Shown piece by piece: positions 39,308 to 50,881 of a DNA stretch of 64,000 nucleotides. The stretch's first letter is position 1. Each line of letters begins with the position of its first letter. The DNA is from Escherichia coli (lineage in GTDB: Bacteria > Pseudomonadota > Gammaproteobacteria > Enterobacterales > Enterobacteriaceae): assembly GCF_036507355.1 (NCBI RefSeq), contig NZ_AP027877.1; one strand, given 5' to 3'. Made by a program: the position numbers and the translations under genes. The notes under the pieces are model-generated. The model made no database searches. It was not told the origin of the DNA and worked only from the letters and a program-made list of their open reading frames with translations.

Positions 39308-40474
39308 TTGAAACGCCGTCTTATTATTGCTGCTTCTTTGTTCGTTTTTAACTTATCGTCTGGTTTTGCGGCGGAAAACATTCCTTTTTCACCTCAGCCT
39401 CCAGAGATTCATGCCGGGTCCTGGGTACTGATGGATTACACCACCGGACAGATCCTCACCGCGGGTAATGAGCATCAACAGCGCAATCCTGCCAGCCTGA
39501 CAAAGCTGATGACGGGTTATGTCGTGGATCGCGCTATCGATAGTCATCGCATTACGCCAGACGATATTGTCACCGTGGGGCGCGATGCGTGGGCGAAAGA
39601 TAATCCGGTGTTTGTCGGTTCTTCACTGATGTTTTTGAAAGAGGGCGATCGCGTATCGGTACGTGATTTAAGCCGTGGTTTAATTGTTGATTCCGGAAAT
39701 GACGCTTGTGTTGCACTGGCTGACTATATTGCCGGTGGGCAACGGCAGTTTGTTGAAATGATGAACAACTATGTCGAGAAGCTGCATCTCAAGGATACGC
39801 ATTTTGAAACAGTGCATGGCCTGGATGCGCCAGGTCAGCATAGCTCGGCTTATGATTTAGCTGTGCTTTCTCGCGCTATCATCCACGGCGAGCCCGAGTT
39901 TTATCATATGTACAGTGAGAAAAGTCTCACCTGGAACGGTATCACCCAGCAAAACCGTAACGGGTTGTTGTGGGATAAAACCATGAATGTTGACGGCCTG
40001 AAAACGGGTCATACTTCTGGTGCCGGGTTTAATCTCATTGCTTCGGCTGTAGATGGGCAGCGTCGTCTCATTGCAGTGGTAATGGGGGCTGACAGTGCAA
40101 AAGGTCGTGAGGAAGAGGCAAGAAAATTACTGCGTTGGGGGCAACAAAACTTTACTACGGTGCAAATTTTGCACCGTGGGAAAAAGGTCGGAACGGAACG
40201 CATCTGGTATGGCGATAAAGAAAATATCGACCTGGGAACGGAACAAGAGTTCTGGATGGTGCTACCGAAAGCCGAAATTCCACATATCAAAGCCAAATAT
40301 ACCCTTGATGGTAAAGAGCTCACCGCGCCAATTAGCGCCCATCAGCGGGTAGGGGAAATTGAACTTTACGACCGTGATAAACAGGTGGCGCACTGGCCGC
40401 TGGTTACCCTGGAATCTGTCGGGGAAGGCAGCATGTTTTCTCGCCTGAGTGATTATTTCCACCATAAGGCCTGA
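39308..40474 (+). CDS. dacD: D-alanyl-D-alanine carboxypeptidase, PBP6b (388 aa)
   Basis: SxxK, SGN and KTG motifs; start taken as TTG at 39308. Confidence 0.85.
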   Translation: MKRRLIIAASLFVFNLSSGFAAENIPFSPQPPEIHAGSWVLMDYTTGQILTAGNEHQQRNPASLTKLMTGYVVDRAIDSHRITPDDIVTVGRDAWAKDNPVFVGSSLMFLKEGDRVSVRDLSRGLIVDSGNDACVALADYIAGGQRQFVEMMNNYVEKLHLKDTHFETVHGLDAPGQHSSAYDLAVLSRAIIHGEPEFYHMYSEKSLTWNGITQQNRNGLLWDKTMNVDGLKTGHTSGAGFNLIASAVDGQRRLIAVVMGADSAKGREEEARKLLRWGQQNFTTVQILHRGKKVGTERIWYGDKENIDLGTEQEFWMVLPKAEIPHIKAKYTLDGKELTAPISAHQRVGEIELYDRDKQVAHWPLVTLESVGEGSMFSRLSDYFHHKA

Positions 40475-40592
40475 CCTTTCTTTTGCAGCAGACTGGCAGG
40501 AGTGCGAGTCTGCTCGCATAATCAACACTCATTCCTTGTGGTTTTAATATTACAACTATACTGTATATAAAAACAGTATTAATGGAGGCGTC

Positions 40593-41066
40593 ATGAACTA
40601 CGAGATTAAGCAGGAAGATAAACGTACCGTTGCAGGTTTCCATCTCGTTGGCCCCTGGGAACAGACGGTAAAGAAAGGTTTTGAGCAGTTGATGATGTGG
40701 GTAGATAGTAAAAATATTGTGCCGAAGGAGTGGGTTGCTGTCTATTACGACAATCCAGATGAAACACCCGCCGAAAAATTACGCTGCGACACCGTTGTGA
40801 CGGTACCGAATAACTTTACGCTTCCCGAAAACAGTGAGGGCGTCATTCTGACAGAAATTTCAGGTGGTCAGTATGCGGTGGCGGTGGCTCGTGTAGTCGG
40901 TGATGATTTTGCTAAACCCTGGTATCAGTTCTTTAATAGCCTCTTGCAGGACAGTGCTTATGAAATGTTACCAAAGCCCTGTTTCGAGGTTTATTTGAAC
41001 AATGGCGCGGAAGATGGGTACTGGGATATCGAAATGTATGTTGCGGTGCAGCCAAAACATCACTAA
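40593..41066 (+). CDS. sbmC: DNA gyrase inhibitor (157 aa)
   Basis: Length and sequence consistent with SbmC/GyrI; position after dacD. Confidence 0.85.
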   Translation: MNYEIKQEDKRTVAGFHLVGPWEQTVKKGFEQLMMWVDSKNIVPKEWVAVYYDNPDETPAEKLRCDTVVTVPNNFTLPENSEGVILTEISGGQYAVAVARVVGDDFAKPWYQFFNSLLQDSAYEMLPKPCFEVYLNNGAEDGYWDIEMYVAVQPKHH

Positions 41067-41263
41067 TTCATCTCAGGGCGGTGTGTTAACGCGATGACCA
41101 CTCTTTTTTTGAAAGCGAAAAGAGTAAGATGCGCCTTTCAAATTTTTCGCTCCTGCCGGGAAATTACACTGTTCCCGGTATGTCAGTCGGATAACTCAGA
41201 GGCGCGCCTTCTGGCCGACAGATGTGTTATGAGCGCTTTTAATCTTCATTACGGAGTTTCTGC

Positions 41264-42322
41264 GTGCGTGCCGATAAGTCATTAAGCCCGTTTGAAATCC
41301 GGGTATACCGCCATTACCGCATTGTGCATGGTACTCGGGTCGCGCTGGCATTCCTGCTCACTTTTCTCATTATCCGCCTGTTTACTATCCCGGAAAGCAC
41401 CTGGCCGCTGGTCACCATGGTGGTGATTATGGGGCCAATCTCGTTCTGGGGTAACGTTGTCCCTCGCGCCTTCGAACGTATTGGCGGTACGGTGTTGGGT
41501 TCGATTTTAGGTCTTATCGCTCTGCAACTGGAGTTAATTTCGTTACCGCTGATGTTAGTCTGGTGCGCGGCGGCTATGTTTCTTTGCGGTTGGCTGGCGC
41601 TGGGCAAGAAACCGTATCAAGGATTATTGATTGGGGTGACGCTGGCAATTGTTGTGGGTTCCCCTACAGGTGAAATTGATACGGCGTTATGGCGAAGCGG
41701 CGATGTGATCCTCGGCTCTTTACTGGCAATGTTGTTTACCGGTATCTGGCCACAACGGGCGTTCATCCACTGGCGTATTCAACTGGCGAAAAGTCTGACC
41801 GAGTATAATCGGGTCTATCAATCTGCATTCTCACCGAACTTACTCGAACGCCCACATCTGGAAAGCCATCTACAAAAACTCTTGACCGATGCCGTGAAAA
41901 TGCGTGGGCTGATTGCGCCCGCCAGCAAAGAAACTCGTATTCCAAAATCGATATATGAAGGTATCCAGACCATTAATCGCAATCTGGTTTGTATGCTGGA
42001 GTTGCAAATCAATGCGTACTGGGCCACGCGCCCCAGCCATTTCGTGTTATTGAACGCGCAAAAACTTCGTGATACCCAGCACATGATGCAGCAAATACTG
42101 CTGAGCCTTGTTCATGCGCTGTACGAAGGTAATCCGCAGCCGGTTTTTGCCAATACGGAAAAATTGAACGATGCTGTGGAAGAGCTGCGTCAGTTGCTCA
42201 ATAACCACCATGACCTGAAGGTAGTGGAAACACCAATCTATGGTTATGTGTGGCTGAACATGGAGACGGCACATCAGCTTGAGTTGCTATCGAATCTGAT
42301 TTGCCGGGCCTTGCGCAAATAA
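41264..42322 (+). CDS. yeeA: FUSC-family inner membrane protein (352 aa)
   Basis: N-terminal TM bundle plus cytoplasmic domain; position. Confidence 0.8.
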   Translation: MRADKSLSPFEIRVYRHYRIVHGTRVALAFLLTFLIIRLFTIPESTWPLVTMVVIMGPISFWGNVVPRAFERIGGTVLGSILGLIALQLELISLPLMLVWCAAAMFLCGWLALGKKPYQGLLIGVTLAIVVGSPTGEIDTALWRSGDVILGSLLAMLFTGIWPQRAFIHWRIQLAKSLTEYNRVYQSAFSPNLLERPHLESHLQKLLTDAVKMRGLIAPASKETRIPKSIYEGIQTINRNLVCMLELQINAYWATRPSHFVLLNAQKLRDTQHMMQQILLSLVHALYEGNPQPVFANTEKLNDAVEELRQLLNNHHDLKVVETPIYGYVWLNMETAHQLELLSNLICRALRK

Positions 42323-42493
42323 TTCCTGAACTTCAGAATCATCTTGCTGCTGCTTCGATTCAGCAAGGATAAAGGGTATGATAGTGAAAAGGGATAAAAG
42401 CATTGTCATCTGCGGCAGCTATGAGTAATGTTGGCCCTAACGAATAGCGGTTGCTTAAACGAATCCGACTCTCACATTATCAGGGGTATAAAA

Positions 42494-42823
42494 ATGGAAA
42501 CTACCAAGCCTTCATTCCAGGACGTACTGGAATTTGTTCGTCTGTTCCGTCGTAAGAACAAACTGCAACGTGAAATTCAGGACGTTGAGAAAAAGATCCG
42601 TGACAACCAGAAGCGCGTCCTGCTGCTGGACAACCTGAGCGATTACATCAAGCCGGGGATGAGCGTTGAAGCAATCCAGGGCATCATCGCCAGCATGAAA
42701 GGTGACTATGAAGATCGCGTTGACGATTACATTATCAAAAATGCCGAGCTCTCCAAAGAACGCCGCGATATCTCCAAAAAGCTGAAAGCTATGGGCGAAA
42801 TGAAAAACGGCGAAGCGAAGTAA
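42494..42823 (+). CDS. yeeX: DUF496 family protein (109 aa)
   Basis: Starts [14 protein letters not shown]; the upstream extension in the ORF track lacks a ribosome-binding site. Confidence 0.8.
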   Translation: METTKPSFQDVLEFVRLFRRKNKLQREIQDVEKKIRDNQKRVLLLDNLSDYIKPGMSVEAIQGIIASMKGDYEDRVDDYIIKNAELSKERRDISKKLKAMGEMKNGEAK

Positions 42824-42840
42824 TTCCTGTTTTATTCAAT

Positions 42841-42870
42841 GAGGGTTGCCCGGCAACCCTCATTGCTCAT
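42841..42870 (+). terminator. Rho-independent terminator after yeeX
   Basis: Perfect hairpin gagggttgcc-cggcaaccctc, T-rich downstream. Confidence 0.45.
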
Positions 42871-42923
42871 TGATTCTTTTCTGTGTATCACAGTCATCAT
42901 TCCCATCTGATAACCTATCGAAA

Positions 42924-43097
42924 TTAGCGACAGACATCTTCTGTATGCAGCAAGGCAAAAAATTCTGTAACTCCATTGTTATTAACCGCATTGGTTACTA
43001 ACACGTTGTGCGCTCCGGCTTCCCGTAACCAACATTTCACCAAAGATATTTGTTCCATGCTGGCTAAATCTGCTTTGGTGACTACTCCAATGATCGG
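42924..43097 (-). pseudogene. C-terminal fragment of a GTPase gene (yeeP-like scar)
   Basis: Minus strand encodes ...IIGVVTKADLASMEQISLVKCWLREAGAHNV... (TKxD G4 motif) preceded by an in-frame stop; no intact N-terminus. Confidence 0.45.
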
Positions 43098-43281
43098 ACG
43101 TTAACACGAGGAAGTCTGGCTATTCCACAATGCCATCTTCTTTCGTAATGGATTGAGAATGCTGGATTTTTAATTATATTACGCGCAGTATTAATCGCGT
43201 AAATGTTTTGTGGTCAGCAACGGTGGGGGATCCATTGTTCTGTTCAATGAATACCATCATACAATTGAATCAGGAGTCGGT

Positions 43282-43827
43282 ATGATGATTTTGGTGACAG
43301 GTGGAGCACGGAGCGGGAAGAGTCGCCACGCAGAGGCGCTTATTGGGGACTCTTCACAGGTTCTGTATATCGCCACCTCGCAAATCCTTGATGATGAGAT
43401 GGCTGCACGGATAGAACATCATCGGCAAGGCCGCCCGGCGCACTGGCACACAGTGGAGCGCTGGCAACATCTTGATGAATTAATTCATGCAGACATTAAC
43501 CCGCATGAGGCTGTGTTGCTGGAATGCGTTACAACAATGGTGACTAATCTGTTGTTTGATTATGGCGGCGATAAAGACCCTGATGAATGGGATTATCAGG
43601 CGATGGAACAGGCGATTAATGCTGAGATTCAGTCGTTGATTGCTGCCTGCCAACGTTGCCCCGCAAAGGTTGTATTAGTGACTAACGAAGTGGGAATGGG
43701 GATTGTGCCGGAGAGTCGTCTGGCACGTCATTTTCGTGATATTGCCGGGCGGGTAAATCAGCAGCTGGCCGCTGCGGCTAATGAAGTATGGCTGGTGGTT
43801 TCGGGTATTGGAGTAAAAATCAAATGA
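43282..43827 (+). CDS. cobU: Adenosylcobinamide kinase / adenosylcobinamide-phosphate guanylyltransferase (181 aa)
   Basis: P-loop GGARSGKS near the N-terminus; start at ATG 43282. Confidence 0.9.
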   Translation: MMILVTGGARSGKSRHAEALIGDSSQVLYIATSQILDDEMAARIEHHRQGRPAHWHTVERWQHLDELIHADINPHEAVLLECVTTMVTNLLFDYGGDKDPDEWDYQAMEQAINAEIQSLIAACQRCPAKVVLVTNEVGMGIVPESRLARHFRDIAGRVNQQLAAAANEVWLVVSGIGVKIK

Positions 43828-44567
43828 GTAAATTATTTTGGGCGATGCTCTCATTTATTACGCGTCTGCCTGTACCGCGTCGCTGGTCCCAGGGACTGGA
43901 TTTCGAGCATTATTCTCGCGGTATTATTACTTTTCCTTTAATTGGATTATTGCTTGGCGCGATTAGCGGGCTGGTCTTCATGGTGCTGCAGGCATGGTGT
44001 GGCGTACCACTGGCGGCACTGTTTAGCGTACTTGTGCTGGCGCTGATGACCGGGGGATTCCACCTGGACGGCCTCGCCGATACCTGTGATGGCGTATTTT
44101 CTGCACGTAGCCGCGATCGCATGTTGGAAATCATGCGTGATAGCCGTTTAGGCACCCACGGCGGTCTGGCATTGATTTTTGTTGTACTGGCAAAAATTCT
44201 GGTGTTAAGCGAGTTGGCTCTGCGTGGCGAACCGATCCTTGCATCGCTGGCGGCAGCATGTGCGGTCAGCCGCGGGACTGCCGCATTATTGATGTATCGT
44301 CATCGTTATGCCCGGGAAGAAGGGCTTGGCAATGTATTCATTGGCAAAATTGATGGGCGACAAACCTGCGTCACACTCGGCTTGGCCGCTATTTTTGCTG
44401 CCGTATTATTGCCGGGTATGCATGGTGTGGCTGCTATGGTGGTGACGATGGTGGCGATTTTCATCCTCGGTCAGCTTCTCAAACGTACGCTGGGCGGGCA
44501 AACCGGCGATACGCTGGGAGCTGCTATAGAGCTTGGTGAACTGGTCTTCCTGCTGGCACTGCTATAA
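43824..44567 (+). CDS. cobS: Adenosylcobinamide-GDP ribazoletransferase (247 aa)
   Basis: Polytopic membrane protein; overlaps cobU stop; start MSKLFWAML. Confidence 0.9.
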   Translation: MSKLFWAMLSFITRLPVPRRWSQGLDFEHYSRGIITFPLIGLLLGAISGLVFMVLQAWCGVPLAALFSVLVLALMTGGFHLDGLADTCDGVFSARSRDRMLEIMRDSRLGTHGGLALIFVVLAKILVLSELALRGEPILASLAAACAVSRGTAALLMYRHRYAREEGLGNVFIGKIDGRQTCVTLGLAAIFAAVLLPGMHGVAAMVVTMVAIFILGQLLKRTLGGQTGDTLGAAIELGELVFLLALL

Positions 44568-44578
44568 AGAGACGTGAC

Positions 44579-45658
44579 ATGCAAACACTTGCCGATTTAC
44601 TGAATACGATCCCTGCTATCGATCCTGCCGCTATGTCGCGTGCACAACGGCATATTGACGGGTTACTCAAACCTGTTGGTAGCCTTGGAAGGCTGGAGGC
44701 GCTTGCCATACAACTGGCAGGAATGCCGGGGTTGAATGGCATACCGCATGTGGGCAAAAAAGCGGTACTGGTTATGTGTGCCGATCACGGCGTCTGGGAG
44801 GAAGGGGTCGCTATTTCCCCAAAAGAAGTGACAGCCATTCAGGCTGAAAATATGACCCGCGGAACAACCGGCGTGTGTGTGCTGGCAGCACAAGCGGGCG
44901 CTAACGTCCACGTAGTTGATGTTGGTATTGATACTGCTGAGCCTATCCCCGGGCTTATCAACATGCGTGTCGCACGAGGTAGCGGCAATATTGCTTCAGC
45001 TCCGGCAATGAGTCGCCGTCAGGCTGAAAAGTTGCTTTTGGACGTCATATGTTATACGCGGGAGCTGGCAAAAAACGGTGTCACGCTGTTTGGTGTAGGT
45101 GAACTGGGGATGGCAAACACGACACCGGCAGCAGCAATAGTCAGCACAATCACTGGCCGGGATCCTGAAGAAGTGGTTGGGATTGGCGCAAACCTGCCGA
45201 CAGATAAACTGGCTAATAAAATTGATGTTGTGCGCCGGGCGATTACGTTGAATCAACCAAATCCGCAGGATGGCGTTGATGTTCTGGCAAAAGTGGGTGG
45301 ATTTGATTTGGTCGGAATGGCTGGCGTGATGTTAGGCGCTGCTTCCTGCGGTTTACCCGTGTTGCTGGATGGATTTCTTTCTTATGCTGCTGCGCTCGCA
45401 GCCTGCCAGATGTCTCCTGCAATCAAACCGTATCTCATTCCTTCTCACCTGTCGGCAGAAAAAGGGGCGCGTATAGCGCTGTCGCATTTGGGGCTGGAGC
45501 CTTATCTCAATATGGAGATGCGTTTAGGTGAGGGGAGTGGCGCAGCTCTGGCGATGCCCATCATCGAAGCTGCCTGTGCGATATATAACAACATGGGCGA
45601 ACTTGCTGCCAGTAATATTGTTCTACCGGGGAATACGACTTCTGATTTGAACAGTTAA
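44579..45658 (+). CDS. cobT: Nicotinate-nucleotide:dimethylbenzimidazole phosphoribosyltransferase (359 aa)
   Basis: Length and position in cobUST. Confidence 0.9.
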   Translation: MQTLADLLNTIPAIDPAAMSRAQRHIDGLLKPVGSLGRLEALAIQLAGMPGLNGIPHVGKKAVLVMCADHGVWEEGVAISPKEVTAIQAENMTRGTTGVCVLAAQAGANVHVVDVGIDTAEPIPGLINMRVARGSGNIASAPAMSRRQAEKLLLDVICYTRELAKNGVTLFGVGELGMANTTPAAAIVSTITGRDPEEVVGIGANLPTDKLANKIDVVRRAITLNQPNPQDGVDVLAKVGGFDLVGMAGVMLGAASCGLPVLLDGFLSYAAALAACQMSPAIKPYLIPSHLSAEKGARIALSHLGLEPYLNMEMRLGEGSGAALAMPIIEAACAIYNNMGELAASNIVLPGNTTSDLNS

Positions 45659-45722
45659 AAACGAAAAGTCTGATAAAAGCTATACTTAACGGATAGCTTT
45701 CGCGACTTAGGAAAGGGACATG

Positions 45723-46655
45723 ATGCGTCGTGTAAATATTCTTTGCTCATTTGCTCTGCTTTTTGCCAGCCATACTAGCCTGGCGGTAACTTATCCATTA
45801 CCTCCAGAGGGTAGCCGTTTGGTGGGGCAGTCGCTTACTGTAACTGTTCCTGATCACAATACCCAGCCGCTGGAGACTTTTGCCGCACAATACGGGCAAG
45901 GGTTAAGTAACATGCTGGAAGCGAATCCGGGCGCTGATGTTTTCTTGCCGAAGTCTGGCTCGCAACTCACCATTCCGCAGCAACTGATTTTGCCCGCCAC
46001 TGTTCGTAAAGGGATTGTGGTTAACGTCGCTGAGATGCGTCTTTATTACTACCCGCCAGACAGTAATACTGTGGAAGTCTTTCCTATTGGTATCGGCCAG
46101 GCTGGGCGAGAAACCCCGCGTAACTGGGTGACTACCGTTGAACGTAAACAAGAAGCTCCAACCTGGACGCCAACGCCGAACACTCGGCGCGAATATGCGA
46201 AACGAGGGGAGAGTTTGCCCGCATTTGTTCCTGCGGGGCCCGATAATCCCATGGGGCTGTACGCGATTTATATTGGCAGGTTGTACGCCATCCACGGTAC
46301 CAATGCCAATTTTGGTATTGGGCTCCGGGTAAGTCAGGGCTGTATTCGTCTGCGCAACGACGATATCAAATATCTGTTTGATAATGTTCCTGTAGGTACT
46401 CGTGTACAAATTATTGATCAGCCAGTGAAATACACCACTGAACCTGATGGCTCGAACTGGCTGGAAGTTCATGAGCCGCTGTCGCGCAATCGTGCAGAAT
46501 ATGAGTCTGACCGAAAAGTGCCATTGCCGGTAACCCCATCTTTGCGGGCGTTTATCAACGGGCAAGAAGTTGATGTAAATCGCGCAAATGCTGCGTTGCA
46601 ACGTCGATCGGGAATGCCTGTGCAAATTAGTTCTGGTTCAAGACAGATGTTTTAA
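45723..46655 (+). CDS. ldtA: L,D-transpeptidase (310 aa)
   Basis: YkuD domain with catalytic SQGCIRL motif; signal peptide. Confidence 0.9.
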   Translation: MRRVNILCSFALLFASHTSLAVTYPLPPEGSRLVGQSLTVTVPDHNTQPLETFAAQYGQGLSNMLEANPGADVFLPKSGSQLTIPQQLILPATVRKGIVVNVAEMRLYYYPPDSNTVEVFPIGIGQAGRETPRNWVTTVERKQEAPTWTPTPNTRREYAKRGESLPAFVPAGPDNPMGLYAIYIGRLYAIHGTNANFGIGLRVSQGCIRLRNDDIKYLFDNVPVGTRVQIIDQPVKYTTEPDGSNWLEVHEPLSRNRAEYESDRKVPLPVTPSLRAFINGQEVDVNRANAALQRRSGMPVQISSGSRQMF

Positions 46656-46680
46656 GAGCGTTGGTAATTAGAAAGCAAAA

Positions 46681-46705
46681 AGCCTGCTAGAAAGCAGGCT
46701 TTTTT
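46681..46705. terminator. Bidirectional rho-independent terminator between ldtA and tRNA-Asn
   Basis: agcctgct-agaa-agcaggc hairpin with T-runs on both strands. Confidence 0.6.
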
Positions 46706-46710
46706 GAATT

Positions 46711-46786
46711 TGGCTCCTCTGACTGGACTCGAACCAGTGACATACGGATTAACAGTCCGCCGTTCTACCGACTGAACTACAGAGGA
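46711..46786 (-). tRNA. asnV: tRNA-Asn (GUU)
   Basis: Minus strand is a 76-nt tRNA with anticodon loop CTGTTAA and CCA end; identical to the copies at 57216 and 59041. Confidence 0.95.
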
Positions 46787-47111
46787 ATCGTGTGAACGGG
46801 GCGCATATTAATGGCAGTGCATGGTGATGTCAAAGGGTGAAATGCATTTTTTTGTTTGTTTGCTGTCAATTTCAACAAAGTGGTGAGCTTTCAATCTTAT
46901 TGGCAATGAACCATCGTGGTGCATACCCTCCTTTTATTGGGCAGGGGAACGCGACTGCTGATAAAAAGTACCTATGACGAATCTATCATAATCTCTTATT
47001 TGACAGTTGGTTAGCTTGTACATCAACGCCAAAGCAAAACTGGCAAGCATCTTGCAGTCTGGTTGTAAGTAATGGCGGCACTTGGGCCGATTCTCAAAAA
47101 CCGGAGGCAAC

Positions 47112-48029
47112 ATGAACTTCAGACGCCTGAAATACTTCGTAAAAATTGTAGATATTGGTAGCCTGACTCAGGCTGCTGAAGTATTGCATATCGCACAACC
47201 AGCGCTCAGCCAGCAGGTTGCCACACTGGAAGGTGAGTTAAATCAACAACTTTTGATTCGCACAAAACGGGGCGTTACGCCAACAGACGCCGGAAAAATT
47301 CTCTATACCCATGCGCGGGCCATTTTACGTCAGTGTGAGCAGGCCCAACTGGCGGTGCATAACGTTGGTCAGGCATTATCGGGGCAAGTCTCGATTGGCT
47401 TTGCGCCAGGAACCGCTGCGTCATCTATCACCATGCCCTTATTACAAGCGGTTCGCGCTGAATTCCCGGAGATCGTTATCTATCTTCATGAAAATAGCGG
47501 TGCAGTGCTTAACGAAAAACTGATAAATCACCAACTCGATATGGCGGTGATTTATGAGCATTCCCCTGTGGCTGGTGTATCCAGTCAGGCTTTGCTGAAA
47601 GAAGAGCTTTTCCTGGTAGGAACTCAAGATTGCCCGGGGCAAAGCGTTGATGTTAATGCTATTGCGCAAATGAACCTCTTTCTCCCCAGTGATTACAGTG
47701 CTGTTAGACTTCGTGTTGATGAGGCGTTTTCCCTACGGCGACTCACGGCGAAAGTCATTGGTGAAATTGAGTCTATTGCCACGCTTACCGCAGCGATTGC
47801 CAGCGGCATGGGCGTTGCAGTATTACCCGAATCGGCCGCGCGTTCGTTATGTGGCGCAGTAAATGGGTGGATGTCACGCATTACCACGCCTTCCATGAGT
47901 CTCTCTTTGTCATTAAATTTACCCGCCAGAGCGAACTTATCGCCACAGGCACAGGCAGTGAAAGAGTTGTTAATGTCAGTGATTAGTTCTCCAGTGATGG
48001 AAAAAAGGCAGTGGCAATTGGTGTGCTAA
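47112..48029 (+). CDS. nac: Nitrogen assimilation control protein, LysR family (305 aa)
   Basis: Starts MNFRRLKYFVKIVDIGSLTQAAE; LysR HTH. Confidence 0.9.
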   Translation: MNFRRLKYFVKIVDIGSLTQAAEVLHIAQPALSQQVATLEGELNQQLLIRTKRGVTPTDAGKILYTHARAILRQCEQAQLAVHNVGQALSGQVSIGFAPGTAASSITMPLLQAVRAEFPEIVIYLHENSGAVLNEKLINHQLDMAVIYEHSPVAGVSSQALLKEELFLVGTQDCPGQSVDVNAIAQMNLFLPSDYSAVRLRVDEAFSLRRLTAKVIGEIESIATLTAAIASGMGVAVLPESAARSLCGAVNGWMSRITTPSMSLSLSLNLPARANLSPQAQAVKELLMSVISSPVMEKRQWQLVC

Positions 48030-48130
48030 GCGTTATATCGGGATGGAATAAGATGCGGGTTTTTATTATTTGTTATGCCGGGCGTTAGACTTTAACAATA
48101 ACGGGATATCAGAACTGCCCGGAGTTTACC

Positions 48131-49081
48131 GTGAATTTCCAACAACTAAAGATAATCCGCGAAGCTGCACGTCAGGATTACAACCTGACAGAGGTTGCGA
48201 ATATGCTTTTTACCTCACAGTCAGGCGTCAGCCGTCATATTCGGGAACTGGAGGATGAGCTTGGCATCGAAATATTTGTTCGACGAGGTAAGCGACTGCT
48301 GGGCATGACTGAACCGGGCAAAGCATTACTGGTCATTGCAGAACGTATTCTGAATGAAGCCAGTAATGTTCGTCGGCTTGCAGACCTGTTTACCAACGAT
48401 ACGTCTGGCGTTCTCACTATTGCAACGACGCATACTCAGGCACGTTATAGCTTGCCAGAGGTCATTAAAGCTTTTCGCGAACTTTTCCCGGAGGTTCGGC
48501 TCGAGCTAATCCAGGGGACGCCACAGGAAATTGCGACGTTGTTGCAAAATGGTGAAGCTGATATTGGTATCGCCAGCGAGCGTTTGAGTAATGACCCGCA
48601 GCTCGTCGCCTTCCCGTGGTTTCGTTGGCACCATAGTTTGCTTGTTCCACTCGATCATCCCTTGACGCAAATTACACCATTGACGCTGGAATCAATAGCG
48701 AAGTGGCCATTAATCACTTACCGACAGGGTATTACGGGGCGCTCACGCATTGATGACGCATTTGCCCGCAAAGGTTTGCTGGCAGATATTGTATTAAGTG
48801 CGCAGGATTCTGATGTCATTAAAACCTATGTTGCTCTTGGGCTTGGGATCGGAATAGTTGCCGAACAATCCAGCGGCGAACAAGAGGAAGAGAATTTAAT
48901 CCGCCTGGATACGCGGCATCTTTTCGATGCTAATACTGTCTGGTTGGGACTGAAGCGAGGACAACTTCAGCGTAACTATGTCTGGCGCTTTCTGGAACTT
49001 TGTAATGCAGGACTGTCAGTTGAGGATATCAAGCAGCAGGTGATGGAAAACAGTGAAGAGGAAATTGATTATCAGATATAG
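48131..49081 (+). CDS. cbl: CysB-like LysR-family regulator (316 aa)
   Basis: Starts MNFQQLKIIREAARQDYNLTEVA; CysB-like. Confidence 0.9.
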   Translation: MNFQQLKIIREAARQDYNLTEVANMLFTSQSGVSRHIRELEDELGIEIFVRRGKRLLGMTEPGKALLVIAERILNEASNVRRLADLFTNDTSGVLTIATTHTQARYSLPEVIKAFRELFPEVRLELIQGTPQEIATLLQNGEADIGIASERLSNDPQLVAFPWFRWHHSLLVPLDHPLTQITPLTLESIAKWPLITYRQGITGRSRIDDAFARKGLLADIVLSAQDSDVIKTYVALGLGIGIVAEQSSGEQEEENLIRLDTRHLFDANTVWLGLKRGQLQRNYVWRFLELCNAGLSVEDIKQQVMENSEEEIDYQI

Positions 49082-49118
49082 CAAAAAGCCCGCTATAAAA
49101 GCGGGCTTTTCAGAAATC

Positions 49119-49135
49119 TGGCTCCTCTGACTGGA
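49119..49135 (-). other. 17-bp fragment of the tRNA-Asn 3' end (island boundary repeat)
   Basis: tggctcctctgactgga matches the 3' end of tRNA-Asn; with the 5-bp flank aaatc it is a 22-bp direct repeat of 57211-57232. Confidence 0.8.
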
Positions 49136-49808
49136 TGCGGATTTTGTTGTAGTTTATTGAATTTAAATGATTTTTATGAGTAGAATAAAAATAAGGCCCT
49201 TAGAAAGGCCCCTCAGATATTTTTGCTTAAAAAGATGATGTAAGTCACATTTTCAGGGGCTGTTACCTGGAGGTCTTAAAACCAACGAGAGGTCGTCATT
49301 CCTGGCGTATAGCGGGAATGCACCAGACATACAGAAACAGGGACTTGCACCAGCTTTAATATAGCTGGCTGCACCAGATCCTGGCGCTGCAAAAGTCCAT
49401 GATTGCGCCAGATTCTGAGGGATTACATCGATCTGAGCCAGAGTTGTCCCTTTGGGTTATAGCCTTTTCAGGTCAGGTGCTGTTACCCTTAGCTGGCCTT
49501 TACCCTTTTCCTTTTGACCGTCGGCTATGTGCCAAAAGCGGAATTCCAGTGGTTCTAGAAAAGCTATCATTCCATGGTCAAATTTTGTCGATCACTGCAC
49601 TTATGGAACCGCCATAACATAGGTAGATAGTTGAAGATAGCTAGAACGATGATAGATGATTTTCTTTACAGGGCTGACTTCTAGTCTATCTCATGTAATA
49701 CTCTATATTATATCTAATGTACAATATTAATAGCATTGTGATGTATCGACAACATGGATAGTCCACTGCTATTAAAACTATAATGACATTTAATTGAGAA
49801 ATATAAAA

Positions 49809-50826
49809 ATGACTCTATTAGAAAAATTGTTATCAAAAGGATACTTTCCTAAAGAAGCTCTCCCTCCTTTCTCTACGGAAAAATATGCACGCGCAATTGT
49901 GAATGGATACGATAATCTTCCCCAATTATTTAGAACCGGAAAATTCATAAGTAAGTGCGCTATTCATAATATTTCCAGAAAAGGTACATTACGGAGAAAA
50001 CTTGGAATACCTAATCCCATCAACTTCTTTAGATTAAGTGAGGCAATAACTGAAAATTGGTACGATATATATGAATGCGCAAGTGAATCAACAATATCGT
50101 TGACAACTCCAGACCCTGCCAGCAATGGCGGAAGAGCATTCAACCCAAAGCATTCATTAAATGAGCTTCCAGATATTCATGCAAAACTTAGAAGTAAACA
50201 TAAATATATACTTAAAACCGATATAAGCAGATTTTACCACTCAATATACACTCATAGTATTGCATGGACTTACCATACAAAAGATATTTCAAAAAGAAAC
50301 AGAAGCAATAGTTTATTTGGCAATGTATTAGACAAGCATTCGCAAGATTCGCAAGATGGACAAACAATAGGGCTCCCCATTGGTCCAGATACATCACTTA
50401 TCATAGCAGAGTCTCTGTTATCAAATATTGATCTTAAGCTTAGCGAAAAAGGCATTAGCAATGGCTTACGTTATATAGATGATTATTTCCTAGGGTTCAA
50501 TACAATTGGGGAAGCAGAATCTGCATTAACAATAATGCAGGAACTGTTAAACGAATATGAGTTAGCATTGAACCCCTTGAAAACAGAAATCATACAATTA
50601 CCAATTGAATTCGAGCCATTAGCAATTTCAGAACTAAGGGCATTTTCATTTAGAGATACAGCTGGCGGTCAGAAATCAGATTTAATGCATTATTTCAACA
50701 TAGCTTTCAAGGCAGCAAAAGATTTACCAACGGAACCAATATTAAAATATGCAGTATCAAGGACATTTGAAGTAAATGTTACTGCTGAAAACTATCCTGT
50801 TTTTGAAAATTTTATATTACAATGTG
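49809..50826 (+). pseudogene. Reverse transcriptase, N-terminal 339 codons, interrupted by IS1
   Basis: RT motifs DISRFYHSIY, GLPIGPDTSL, YIDDYF (YxDD) and LNPLKTEI; the frame runs straight into the IS1 end at 50827. Confidence 0.8.
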
Positions 50827-50881
50827 GGTGATGCTGCCAACTTACTGATTTAGTGTATGATGGTGTTTTTGAGGTGCTCCA

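Noticed and set aside
45903-46625. 240-aa ORF antisense to ldtA
   Set aside because: Embedded in ldtA on the opposite strand; composition looks non-coding.
49399-49617. 72-aa ORF in the RT upstream region
   Set aside because: No ribosome-binding site and no recognisable family; more plausibly part of a noncoding leader.
49729-49808. Retron msr-msd upstream of the RT
   Set aside because: The RT lacks the VTG motif typical of retron RTs, the only inverted repeat immediately upstream is 9 bp with a 32-nt loop, and there is no adjacent effector gene. A retron call is not supported; the RT class is left open.
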